From the human T2T-CHM13v2.0 reference genome, Homo sapiens, in contig CP068257.2 in the NCBI GenBank assembly GCA_009914755.4, positions 15,616,001-15,680,000 of the forward strand: a DNA stretch of 64,000 nt. Direction: 5' to 3'. The translations under genes were made by a program, and so were the position numbers. Of the stretch, positions 41,801 to 60,962 are shown piece by piece. Positions within the stretch are counted from its first letter, which is position 1; every line of letters begins with the position of its first letter. Below the pieces are notes generated by a model, which was given only the letters and a program-made list of their open reading frames with translations, had not been told where the DNA came from and ran no database searches.

Positions 41801-42000
41801 TAAAGCCATGATAACTCAGGGAATTTCCAGGGCACTAGGGATACAATATCACCTTCAGTGCACGTGGAGGCCACAAACCTCAGGGAAGGTTGAGAAAGCA
41901 AATGAAACACTCAAGAGGCACTTAAGGAAACTAACACAAGAAACTCATCTCCCATGGCCTACTTTCTTGCCCATGGCCTTGTTGAGAATCTAAAATTCCC
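38896..42000 (+). pseudogene. pol: ERV pro-pol (protease, RT, RNase H, integrase), frameshifted with stops
   Basis: Protease 'FLLDTSVAFSVL' at about 38985. RT motifs 'LVQDLRLINEAV', 'WFTVLILKDAFC', 'LTWTVLPQDFRDSPHLFGQ', 'LQYVDDLLLA' at 39511-40026. Integrase 'WQLDFIHMP…LVCVDTFTNWMEAFPCK' and 'LQSDNGPAFKAM…WRPQTSGKVEKAN' at 41519-41993. Confidence 0.8.
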
Positions 42001-42524
42001 CTCACAAAATGGGGCTCAGTCCATATGAAATGCTGTATGGATGACCTTTTCTCACAAATGACCTCTTACTTGATCAGGAAATGGCCAACTTGGTCAAAGA
42101 CATAACTTCTTTGGAAAAATACCAACAAAACATTAAAAACCTACCTGAAGGACATCACAGAGAAAAGGGAACAGAGTTGTTCCAACTGGGAGATCTAGTG
42201 TTGGTCAAGTCCCTTCCCTCTACCTTCCCATCTATGAATTCCTTGTGGGAAGGACCATACTCAGTAATCCTCTCTACTCCCACTGCAGTTAAGGTAGCAG
42301 GAGGGGAATCTTGGATTCACCACACCCGAGTTAAACTTTGGACACCCCCTGAGGAACCTGCAGGACCATCAGATCAGGAGTCCCAAGATCAGCCAGACCA
42401 GCCTCAATACACCTGTGAACCATTGGAGGACTTGCGTCTCCTATTTCAGAAGGAAACATCCCAAACTAAAAAGGCTCCTTCAGCTGATCCTGAGGAAAAA
42501 CCCCTTCCTACTTAAAAAAGTTAA

Positions 42525-45380
42525 GTGAAAACCTACATAATCTTTAACACCTCTCCTTGCCCCTTTAATGGAATCCTTTTACTGTTTCATCACATTATTA
42601 GGCAGTATACTAAACATACTCTTTGCAGTAGGATTATATACTGTAGCTTCTGCCGGGATGAAAATCCTAATCACATCAACCTTTTTTCTATCATCCTTCG
42701 TTCTGATGGCAATTTAATCCTACCTTTAACTCAGACTGGATAAAAAGACCTCATCTTCCAGGGAACCCTCTTTACCTTTCTACTTACACTTTGTCTATAT
42801 AACCCTCCTGCTTCCTTGGATACCCCACATAGTCACCCCTCCCCTTCCACTGGCTCCTAATTACCTCTACAAGACTCTCAACTTAACCCACTCTCTGTTA
42901 AACCAGTCCAATCCTTCCCTGGCAAATGACTGTCGGCTTTGTATCTCTCTATCAGCCACTGCTTATGTTGCCACTCTCGTTCCCACAAAAAACTGGGTCT
43001 TTATTAACTTAACCTACCACTCCCATTATGAAGGAAGAGACCCTTTCCAACTTCTAAATATGCAATCATTAGCTGACTTCCCCATCTCTGATAGGAACAA
43101 AGCAGGGCACACAATCCAGCGTTTACACTCTTACATTTCCAACCTCACCTATTGCTCCTCACAGGAGCAGTGAAAAGCACATACACAGCCCTGTAACCAG
43201 GAATACCATCTAATTTTCCAAGCCCCTTTATGCATCCAACTCAACCTGTTATCAGGCCTGCCCCTGGGGCACCTATTATCCCATCAGTGTAATTACACCC
43301 TACAACTTCAAGCCCCAACTGATCATAGTAACTTCCGAGTCACCCAAACAGCTCCATTCAGATGGCTTTTCTGCTTCTCAGGATCCCCAAAAATCATCAC
43401 CTTCTCCCTGCTTAACAAACAGTCTGGGTTTTGTAATGGCAAACACATTCCCTGCATGACCATTCTCCTCTGGACCCCCTGCAGCAGTGTCCCCAACACT
43501 AGCAAATGCCTTCTCATCCCCTCTTTCAATTACTCTCTTGAATGGTTCCTAGTAGATACAAAATGATTTTATCTCCAGTGGGAAAATGGAACACAGGGAG
43601 CCACTCAGTTTCCTCCCAACACCCATTTCCAGCCGCTCACCAAAGCTACCTTCGCGAGTACTCTAAGAGTATGGGAAAATGAAAACAACAAATTCACACA
43701 CCTTTTTAACATACACAACCAGTTCTGTCTACCCAGCCAAGGCATATTCTTCTTATATGGAACTTCAACCTATATCTATCTGCCTCCCCACCAAACGGAC
43801 AGGCACCTGCACCTTAGTCTTCCTAAGTCCCACCATTGACATCGCCCCAGGAAATCAGACCCTATCAGTGCCCCTCAAGGCTCAAGACCATCAGTGCAGG
43901 GCCATAAAACTAATACCCCTACTTATAGGGTTAGGAATGGCCCCTGCTACAGGAACCAGAATAGCCAGTTTATCTACTTCACTATCCTATTACCACGCAC
44001 TCTCAAAGGATTTCTCTGACAGTGTGCAAGAAATAATGAAATCTATCCTCACTCTACAGTCCCAAATAGACCCTTTGGCAACAGTGACTCTCCAAAACTG
44101 CCGAGGCCTAGACCTCCTCACTGCTGAGAAAGGAGGACTTTGCACCTTCTTAGGGGAAAAGTGTTGTTTTTACACTAACAATTCAGGGATAGTATGAGAC
44201 GCCACCTGGCATTTGCAGGAAAAGTCTTCTGAAATCAGACAACACCTTTCAAACTTTTATACCAACCTCTGGAGTTGGGCAACATGGCTTCTCCCCTTTC
44301 TAGGTCCTGTGAGAGCCATCTTGCTATTACTTGCCTTCAGGCCCTGTATTTTTATTTTTTTATTTTTTTTTTTTAATTTTTTTTTTTTATTATACTCTAA
44401 GTTTTAGGGTACATGTGCACATTGTGCAGGTTAGTTACATATGTATACATGTGCCATGCTGGTGCGCTGCACCCACTAACGTGTCATCTAGCATTAGGTA
44501 TATCTCCCAATGCTATCCCTCCCCCCTCCCCCGACCCCACCACAGTCCCCAGAGTGTGATATTCCCCTTCCTGTGTCCATGTGATCTCATTGTTCAATTC
44601 CCACCTATGAGTGAGAATATGCGGTGTTTGGTTTTTTGTTCTTGCGATAGTTTACTGAGAATGATGGTTTCCAATTTCATCCATGTCCCTACAAAGGACA
44701 TGAACTCATCATTTTTTATGGCTGCATAGTATTCCATGGTGTATATGTGCCACATTTTCTTAATCCAGTCTATCATTGTTGGACATTTGGGTTGGTTCCA
44801 AGTCTTTGCTATTGTGAATAGTGCCGCAATAAACATACGTGTGCATGTGTCTTTATAGCAGCATGATTTATAGTCCTTTGGGTATATACCCAGTAATGGG
44901 ATGGCTGGGTCAAATGGTATTTCTAGTTCTAGATCCCTGAGGAATCGCCACACTGACTTCCACAATGGTTGAACTAGTTTACAGTCCCACCAACAGTGTA
45001 AAAGTGTTCCTATTTCTCCACATCCTCTCCAGCACCTGTTGTTTCCTGACTTTTTAATGATTGCCATTCTAACCGGTGTGAGATGATATCTCATAGTGGT
45101 TTTGATTTGCATTTCTCTGATCAGGCCCTGTATTTTTAACATCCTTGCCAAATTTGTTTCCTCTAGGATTGAAGTCATCAAGCTACAGGTGGTCTTACAA
45201 ATGGAACCCCAAATGAGCTCAACTCACAACTTCTAACGAGGACAACTGGATTGACCCACTGGCCCTTTGACTGGCCTAGAGAGTTCCCCTCTGGAGGACA
45301 CTAAAACTGCAGGGCCCCTTCTTCACCCCTATCCAGCAGTTAGTAGCTAGAATGGTCATTGCCCAGTTCCCAAGAGCAGC
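42525..45380 (+). pseudogene. env: ERV env (SU plus gamma-type TM), disrupted and split by an L1 insertion
   Basis: TM ectodomain: fusion-peptide-like 'IPLLIGLGMAPATGTRIA', immunosuppressive-domain-like 'LQNCRGLDLLTAEKGGLC', and the CX6CC motif 'CTFLGEKCC' (about 44090-44170). The membrane anchor 'WLLPFLGPVRAILLLLAFRPCIF' ends at the L1 insertion point at 44354. The cytoplasmic tail resumes at 45139. Confidence 0.75.
44355..45121 (-). mobile_element. Young L1 (L1PA2/L1PA3-like) 5'-truncated 3' fragment (ORF2 C-terminus plus 3'UTR) inserted in the ERV env
   Basis: Reverse-complement poly(A) at 44355-44391. 3'UTR 'ggtacatgtgcacattgtgcaggttagttacatatgtatacatgtgccatgctggtgcgctgcacccactaacgtgtcatctagcattagg'. 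Intact ORF2 C-terminus …[18 protein letters not shown] 17-bp TSD 'caggccctgtattttta' sits at 44338-44354 and 45122-45138. Confidence 0.92.
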
Positions 45381-45405
45381 TGTGGTGTCCTGTTTAGAGG
45401 GCTAT

Positions 45406-45786
45406 TGAGAGGTGAGGCCAGCTGAACTTCCTGGGTCAAGTGGGGACTTGGGGAACTTTCCTGTCTTACAAGAGGATTGTAAAATGCACCAATCAGTGCT
45501 CTGTAAAACACACTAATCAGCTCTCTGTAAAACACATCAATCAGCACTCTGTAAAACACACCAATCAGCACTCTGTAAAACGCACCAATAAGCACTCTGT
45601 AAAATGCACCAATCAGCAGGATCCTAAAGGTAGCCACCTTTCACTCTTCACAATAAACCTTGCTACCACTCACTCTTTGGGTCTTTGCCATCTTTAAGAG
45701 CTGTAACACTCACCGTGAAGGTCCACGGCTTCATTCTTGAAGTCAGCAAGACTGTGAACCCACTGGCAGGAACCAACTCTGGACAC
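45406..45786 (+). mobile_element. 3' LTR (LTR12/ERV9-like), 381 bp
   Basis: A purine-rich PPT ('agagggctat') precedes it. It carries six 'tgtaaaac..accaatcag' repeats, lacks about 130 bp present in the 5' LTR, and ends 'ctggacaca' followed by the CAAG TSD. Confidence 0.8.
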
Positions 45787-46297
45787 ACAAGGACTGCGAG
45801 CACAGTCAGCACTTTGGCAGAGAAAGGTCACCTGGATGTTACATGGCGAGGCTACAGGGTTGTAAGGGTCACTTTACCTTCAGCTCTGCACTGAGGCTGG
45901 CTAGTCCTTGAGAAACTAAGTGACCTGCTTCTCAGCTGTGCAAGTAAAAAATCTTGGCAACACATCATCCAAACCATGGCTCAGCTGCTGCAGGGCCCCA
46001 CAGAATAGGGCCCTGCCTTTCCTTCCCATCAGCATCCCATCTGACCCTGTCTGAGTCCCATGATGGCTGGCTGGGTGTGGGCAGCATGTACACGGGAGAT
46101 CATGGGTGCTTGAAAGAAGTCGAGGCTGTACCTTTCTTTGCAAGAACCTGTTCTCTTTCCCTCCTTGTTTTTAAAAATATTCAATACAGTATAATTTTAT
46201 AATGATAACAGAACCTGGTCCGACTTCTGTGGAAAAGGATTGATCAACAAGCCTGAGTTGGGGGTTTTTCTGTTCAGTTCGTATTAGGGCCCCTCTA

Positions 46298-46687
<390 letters not shown>

Positions 46688-46730
46688 TTAAAAGAAAATA
46701 AAATTCCTGTATCCAAGCTAAAAAAAAAAA

Positions 46731-47230
46731 TTATATGAAATCGAAAAAGAACCCAAATAGCCAATACATTCCTAAGCAAAAAGAACAAAGCTGGAGCTAT
46801 CACATTACTAACTTCAGACTATACTACAAGGCTACTGTAACCAAAACAGCATAGTACTGGTACAAAAACACATAGACCAATGAAACAGGATATAGAGCCC
46901 AGAAATAATGTGACACACCTGCCAAAATCTGATCATTGACAAAATTGACAAAAACAAACAATGGGGAATAGTCTCTCTATTCAATAAATGGTGCTGGGAT
47001 AACTGGCTAGCCATATGAAGAAGATTGAAACTGGGTGCCTTCCTTACACTATATATAAAAATTCACTTCAGATGTATTAAAGACTTAATTCTAAAACCAA
47101 AAACTATAGAAACCCTGGAAAACAACCTAGGCAATACCATTCTGGATATAATACCTGGCAAAAACCTCATGACAAAGACACAGAAAAAAATTGCAAAAAA
47201 AAAAAAAAACAAAAAAAAACAAAAAAAAAA
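46731..47230 (+). mobile_element. 3' part of the old L1 that began at 27557 (ORF2 C-terminal piece plus A-rich tail)
   Basis: 'ttatatgaaatcgaaaaagaacccaaatagccaatacattcctaagcaaaaagaacaaagctggag...tggtgctgggataactggctagccatatgaagaag...' continues the ORF2 reading interrupted at 34993. It ends in an A-rich tail at 47187-47230. Confidence 0.85.
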
Positions 47231-47235
47231 ACTGG

Positions 47236-53995
<6,760 letters not shown>

Positions 53996-56915
53996 ATCAA
54001 ATCCAAGGAAACTAAGAATACAACCAAATGATACAGAAGCTGAAAGGTGAAATAGCCAGTATAAAAAGAACGTAACATATCTGATAGAGTTGAAAAACAT
54101 ACTACAAGAATTTTACAGTGCAATCACAAGTATTTACAACAGAATAGGCCAAGCTGAAAAAAAGAATCTCAGAAATTGAAGACGGTCTCTCTGAAATAAG
54201 ACAGACAAAAATAAAGAAAGAGTAATAAAAAGAAATGAACAAAACCTCTGAAAATGTGGCATTATGTAAGAGGCCAAATCTGCAAATCACTGGCATCTCT
54301 GAAAGGGACAAGGAGAAAACAAACAACTTGGGAAATATATTTCATGACATCATTCATGAAAACTTCCCCAACCTTGCTAGAGAGGCCAACAGTCAAATTA
54401 ACAAACTACAGAGAAAACCCTGAAAGATACTACACTAGAAGAGTATCCCTAAGACATATGATCATCAGATTTTTCAAGGTTGAAATGAAAGGAAAAAAAA
54501 TGTTAAAGACAGCTAGAGAAAAAGAGCAAGTCACCTATAAAGGGAACCCTATCAGGCTAAGAGTGGACCTCTCAGCAGAAGAGATTGGGGACCTATATTC
54601 AACATTCTTAAAGAAAAATGTCTAAAACCAAGAATTTGATATCCAGCCAACCTAAGTTTCCTAAACGGAGGAGAAACACAGCCTGTTTCAGATAAGCAAA
54701 TGTTGAGGGGGTTCATTACTACCACACATGCCTTACAAGAAATTGGGAAAGGAGCACCAAATATAGAAAGAAAAGACTGTTACCAGCCAATACAAAAACA
54801 CACTTACATACACAGACCAGTGACACTGTAAAGCAACCACACAAACAAGCTGACATAATAACCAGCTAACAATACAATGACGGGATCAAATCCACACATA
54901 TCAGTACTAACCTTGAGTGTAAACAGGCTGAATGCCCCACTTAAAAGACACAGAGTGGCAAGCTGGATAAAAAAGCAAGACCCAATGGCATGCTGTCTTC
55001 AAGAGACCCATATCATACATAATGAGACTCATAGGCTCAAAATAAAGAAATGGAGGAAAATCTACCAAGCAAATGGAAATCAGAAAAAAGCAGGTGTTGC
55101 AATTCTAATTTCAGGCAGGGCAGACTTTAAACCAACAAAGATCAAAGAAGGCACCAAAAAGCATTATATAATGGTAAAGAATTCAATTCAACAGGAAGAC
55201 CTAACTATCCTAAATATGTGTGCACCCAACACAGGAGCACCCAGATTCATAAAGCAAGTTCTTAGAGACCTATGAAGAGCCTTAGACTCGCACACAATAA
55301 TAGTGGACGAATTCAACACTCCAATAACAGTACTAGACAGATTGTTTAAGCAGAAAACTAACAAAGATATTCAGGACCTGAACTTAATGTTAGACCAAAT
55401 GGATCTTCATCAGAAACTACATAGACTTCTACAGCACTCTCCACCCATAAACAACAGAACATACATTCTCTCATCACCACGTGGCACATACTCTAAAATT
55501 GACCACATTATTAGACATGAAACAATCATCAGCAAATGCAAGAGAACTGAAATTATGTAAAACACACTCTTGGACCACAGTGCAATAAAAATACAAGTCA
55601 GAACTCATAAGATAGCTCAAAGACCATTAAAAAATAAACAACATGCTTTTAAATGACTTTTGAGTAAATAATAAATTAAGTCAGAAATAAAGGTCTTGGA
55701 AACTAAAGAGAATAAAAATACAACATACCAGAGTCTCTGAGACACAGCCAATGCAGTGTTAAGAGAGTAACTTATAGTACTTACTGCCACATCAAAAGTA
55801 AGAAAGATCTCAGATAAACAATGTAATGTTACAACTGAAAGAATTAGAGAAGCAAGAGCAAATCAGTCCCAAAGCTAGCAGGAGACAATAAATAACCAAA
55901 ATCAGAGCTAAAGTGAAAAAAAAATTGAGACACAAAAATACATTCAAATGATCAATGAATCCAGGAGTTGCTTTCTGAAAAAAAAAAATAATAAGCTAGA
56001 TAGGCCGCTGGCTAGACTAATAAAGAAGAAAAGTTCCAAATAAACACAATTAGAAATGACAAAGGGGATGTTACCACTCACCCTACAGAAATAAAAATAA
56101 CCATCACAAACTGCTATGAACACCTCTATGCACACAATCTAGAAAACCTAGAAGAGATGGTTAAATTTCTGTACACATACACTATCCCAAGACTGAAATA
56201 GAAGAAATTGATTCCCTGAACAGACCAATAATGAGCTCTGAAGTTGAATCAGTAATAAATAACCTAGCAACCAAAAAAAAAAAAAAAAAAAAAGCCCAGA
56301 ACCAGATGGATTCACAGCCTGATTCTACCAGATATAAAAAGAAGATCTGGTATCATTTCTCCTGAAACTATTCAAAAAATTGAGGAGAGACTCCTCCCCC
56401 AACTCATCCTATGAGGCCAGCAACATCCTTATACCAAAGCCAAAATACAACGAGAAAAGAAATCTACTGGCCAATATTTTTGATAAACATAAATGCAAAA
56501 ATTCTCAATCCAATACTACCAAAGCAAACTTAACACATCAAAAATATTATAACATAACCAGCTGGAATTTGTCCCTGAGAAGCAAGCTTGGTTTTATGCA
56601 AGTCAATCAACATGATGCACCACATTTACAAAATAAAAGATAAAAACTACATGATTATCTCAATAGATGCAGAAACAATATAACGTAGTTTATTATCCTT
56701 TGATGATAAAAATCCTCAGAATAGATATAAGAAGCAAATTTTCTCAACATAATAGTGGCCATTTATGAAAAGCCCACAACTAAAATCATAATCAGTGGAG
56801 AAAAAAAAATGGAAAGATTTTCCTCTAAGATCTGGTACAAGGAAAGGATTCCTACTCAACAGAGTACTGGAAGATCTAGCAAGAGCAATCAGACAAAAAA
56901 TACAAGAGAGAAGGA
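53996..56915 (+). mobile_element. Old L1 (L1PB/L1MA-like), 5'-truncated: ORF1, inter-ORF region, ORF2 EN and part of RT
   Basis: ORF1-like sequence at 54000-54640 (…FHDIIHENFPNLAREANSQINKLQRKP…). ORF2 from 54877 (MTGSNPHISVLTLSVNRLNAPLKRHRVASWIKKQDPMACCLQETH…). Confidence 0.8.
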
Positions 56916-58749
56916 GGTGAAGCAACATGGCTGAATAGAGACCTCCAGTGATCATCTCCCACCATGAGAACACCAAACTGAACAATTATTCAAATTTTTA
57001 AAAAAAAGCACCTTCATAAGAACCAAAAATCAGGTGAGGAAACACAGTACCTGGTTTTAACATCATAATAAGGAAGGAGGCCTTGAAAGGTGTGGAAAAG
57101 ACACTCTAAAATAACCTACACCACCCCTCCCCCATCCCCCAGCAGTGATCATGTGGTGCATAGAAAGAATTTGTGCACTTGGGGGAGAGAAAGCACAGGG
57201 ATTATGTGACTTTGCATTGGAACTCAGTGCTGCCCTAGCACGGTGGAAAGCAACATGGAGCAGAACTTAGCCAGCACTCATAAAGGCAGCATTTAGACCA
57301 GCCCTTGCCAGAGGTGAATTGTCCATCCCAGCAGTTGGAACCTGAGTTATGGTAAGCCCTGCTGCCATGGGCTGAAGTGTTCTGAGGTCCTAAATAAATT
57401 GAAAATGCAGATTGGCCACAAGGAATGAAATTCCTGGGCAAGTCCTGGGGCTGTGCTGGGCTTGGAACCAGTAGACTTGTGGTGCATGTAATCTAGGGAG
57501 ACCAGCTGGGGTGACCAAGGGAGTACTTCTGTCACCCCTCTCCAACTCCAGGCAGCACAGCACACAGCTCTAAAAAAGACTCCTTCTTCCACTAAAGGAG
57601 AGGAGAGCGAGAGTAAAGAGGACTTAGTCTTGCAACTTGGATACCAGCTCAGCCACTGTACAATAGGACACCAGGCAGAGTTCTGAGGGCCCCCATCCTA
57701 GACCCTAGTTCTCAGTTTACATTTCTGGACACACCCTGGGCCAGAAGGGAACCCACTGCCTTGAAGGGAAGAACCCAGTCCTGACAGAATTCATCATGGA
57801 CTGGCTAAAGAGCTCTTGAGCCCTGAATAATCACCAGTGGTCACCAGGAAGTACTCACTGTGGGTCCTGGGTGAGACTCAGAGTCATGCTGGCTTCAGGT
57901 GTGACCCACCACATTCCCAGCTGTGGTGGCTACAGGGAGAGTCTCCTGCAAGATGATACATCAATGAGTTTGCAACTGCAATAGCATTTGTGGGTTTAGG
58001 GTGCTCCCTAAGGCAGAGATGGATGTAGTGATCAAAGACTTAGGTCACAAACCTTTTGAATACCTCAAAAGCCTTCCCAAGAAGGATAGGTACAAACAAG
58101 CCCAGACTCCCAAAGATCAAGGATAAAAAAGGATTCTAAAAGCAGCAAAAGAAAAGAAACTAATAACATACAAAGGACTTCAATACGTCTGGCAGCAGAC
58201 TTCTCAGTGGAAATGTTACAGGCCAACAGGAAGTGACATGATATATTTAGGGGACTGAAGGAAAAATATTTTATCCTAAAATAATATAACCAACAAAAAT
58301 ATCCTTCAAACATGAAGAAGAAATAAAGAGTTTACCACACAAACAAAAGCTCAGGGATTTTATCAACACCACACCATTCTTATAAAGAATGCTAAAGAAA
58401 GTTCAGTCTGGAAGAAACAGATGTTAATGAGCAATAGCAAATCATCTGAAGGTCCAAAAGTTACTGTTAATAGCAAGTACAGAGAAAAACACAATGTTAT
58501 AACACTGTCATAGTGGAGTATAAACTATTCATATCTTGAGTAGAAAGGTTAGTAAATGAACTGATCCAAACTAGTAACTACAACTTTTCAAAACATAACA
58601 CGAAATGATATAAACAGAAACAACATAAAGTTAAAAAGAGACAAAGGAGGGACAATGTTAAGGTATAGAGTTTTTATTAGTTTTCTTTTTGATTATTTGT
58701 TTATGCAGTCTTAAGTAGTCATCAGTTTAAAATAATGGGTTAGCAAATG

Positions 58750-59258
58750 ATTACAAATCATTCTACTATAAAGACACATGCACATGTATGTTAATTGCAG
58801 CACTGTTCACAATAGCAAAGATGTGGAACCAACCCAAATGCCCATCAATGACAGACTGGATAAAGAAAATGTGGCACATACATACCATGGAATACTATGC
58901 AGCCATGAAAAAGAATCAGTTCATGTCCTTTGCAGGGACATGGATGAAGCTGGAAACCATCATTCTCAGCAAACTAATACAGGAACAGAAAACCAAACAT
59001 CGCATGTTCTCACTTATAAGTGGGAGTTGAACAATGAGAACACATGGACACAGGGAGGGGAACATCACACACTGGGGCCTGTCAGCAGGTGGGGGTGCTA
59101 AGGGAAGGATAGCATTAGGAGAAATACCTAATGTAGATGACGAGTTGATGGGTGCAGCAAACCACCATGGCACATGTATACCGATGTAACAAAACTGCAC
59201 GTTCTGCACGTGTATCCCAGAACTTAAAGTATAATAAAAAATAATGATTATAAAATAA
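58750..59258 (+). mobile_element. L1PA 3'-end fragment (ORF2 C-terminus plus 3'UTR) inserted in the old L1
   Basis: 'attacaaatcattctactataaagacacatgcacatgtatgttaattgcagcactgttcacaatagcaaag...gcacgtgtatcccagaacttaaagtataataaaaaataatg'. ORF 58788-59030 reads [40 protein letters not shown]… TSD roughly 'aaataatgg[g/a]ttag' at 58736-58749 and 59259-59272. Confidence 0.85.
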
Positions 59259-60258
59259 AATAATGGATTAGAAGATATATTTGCAAACCTTATGATAACC
59301 TCAAATCAAAAAAAATATATCAGATAACACAAAAAATTTTAAAAAGAAATTAAAACATATCACAAGAGAAAAAACACTTTCACTAAAAGGAAGACTGGAA
59401 GGAAGGAAAAAAGGAAGAGAGAGGCTGCAGGATATCCAGAAAACAAATAAAATGTCACGAATAAGTCCCTGCTTAGCAATAATAACATAGAATGTAAAAA
59501 GACTAAACTCTTCAATCAAAATACACTTGCTGAATGAATAAAAACAACAAGACCCAATGATATGTTACCTACAAAAAACAATTTATCTATAAAGATACAC
59601 ATAAATTGAAAATAAATAAATAAAGTAAGATGTTCCAAGCAAACAGAAACCAAAAAAGGGGAGGATTAGCTATACTTAGACAAAATAGATTTCAAGACAA
59701 AACCTGTAAAAAGAGACACAGAATGCCATTATATAATGATAACGATGTCAATTCAGCAACGGGATATAATAATTGTAAATACGCATGCACCTAATGCTGA
59801 AGTACCCAGATGTATAAAACAAATATTATTAGATGTAAAAAGATAAATAGACCCCCAATACAATAATAGCTGGATATTTCAATACCACAGTTTTGGCAAT
59901 GAACAGATCATCCAGACAGAAAAATCAATAAAGAAACATCAGACTTAAACTGCACTGAAGACCAGATGAATAGATATTTACTAAACATTTTATCCAACCA
60001 CTAACGAATACACATTGTCTATCCTGGATTATTCTCTAGGATAGACAATATGTTAGGCCACAAAACTTGTCTTTAAACTTCCAAAAAAATGAAATTATAT
60101 TAAGTATCTTCTCTGATCACAAATGAATAAAACTAGAATTCAATAACAAGAGGATTTTGAAAATCATACAAACACATGGAAATTAAGCAATATGCTCTGG
60201 AATTACCAGTGGGTCAGTAAAGAAATTAAGAAGGAAACTTAAATTTTTTCTTGAAACT

Positions 60259-60546
60259 GGCAGGTGCAGTGGCTCACATCTATAATCACAGCACTTTGGG
60301 AGGCCAAGGTGGGGGGATTCCTTTAGCTTAGGAGTTTCAGACCAACTTGTCACTAAAAAATAAAAAAAAAATTTTTTTAATTGATTATCTGGGCTTGGCA
60401 GTGTGCACTTGTAGTCCCAGTTACTCAGGAGGCTGAGACAGGAAGATCACTTGAGCTCAAGAGGTCAAGGCTGCAGTGAGCTGTGATCATGCCTGTACTC
60501 TATCCTGGGTGACAGAGACAGACTTTGTCTCAAAAACAAAAAAAGA
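60259..60546 (+). mobile_element. Alu insertion
   Basis: 'ggcaggtgcagtggctcacatctataatcacagcactttgggaggccaagg...gacagagacagactttgtctcaaaaacaaaaaaag'. TSD 'ttcttgaaac' at 60249-60258 and 60551-60560. Confidence 0.9.
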
Positions 60547-60673
60547 AAATTCTTGAAACAAATAAAAAAGGAAACACCACATACCAAAACCTATGAATAC
60601 AGTGAAAGCAGTACTAAGAGGAAAGTATATAGCAACAAGAGCCTGTGTCAAAAAAGTAGAAAAAATTTAAATA

Positions 60674-60962
<289 letters not shown>

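Larger units (their letters stand above)
35868..45786 (+). mobile_element. Gamma-type (class I) ERV provirus of the ERV9/HERV-W clade, LTR-gag-pro-pol-env-LTR, degenerate
   Basis: Both LTRs start 'tgagag[a/g]tgaggcc[g/a]gctg[g/a]acttcctgggtc' and end '...gacaca'. They carry 'tgtaaaac(N)accaatcag' U3 repeats and a 'ctgtaacactcacc[a/g]tgaaggtc' R-like region, as in LTR12. The 4-bp TSD CAAG sits at 35864-35867 and 45787-45790. A PBS lies at 36296. Gag, pol and env homology run in order between the LTRs. Confidence 0.88.

Noticed and set aside
44355-45121. Considered calling the young L1 in env an L1HS (human-specific, possibly polymorphic) insertion.
   Set aside because: The 3'UTR carries the 'gctagatgac…gttagtgggtgcagcgcaccag…cacaatgtgcacatgtaccctaaaacttagag' variants that I associate with L1PA2/PA3, not L1HS-Ta. 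Downgraded to ape-specific. Polymorphism is left as something to check.
45356-45697. ORFs rich in 'FYRVLIGA' and 'VKHTNQ' repeats on both strands.
   Set aside because: They arise from the tandem 'tgtaaaacacaccaatcagcactc' U3 repeats of the 3' LTR read in frame. Repeat artefact.
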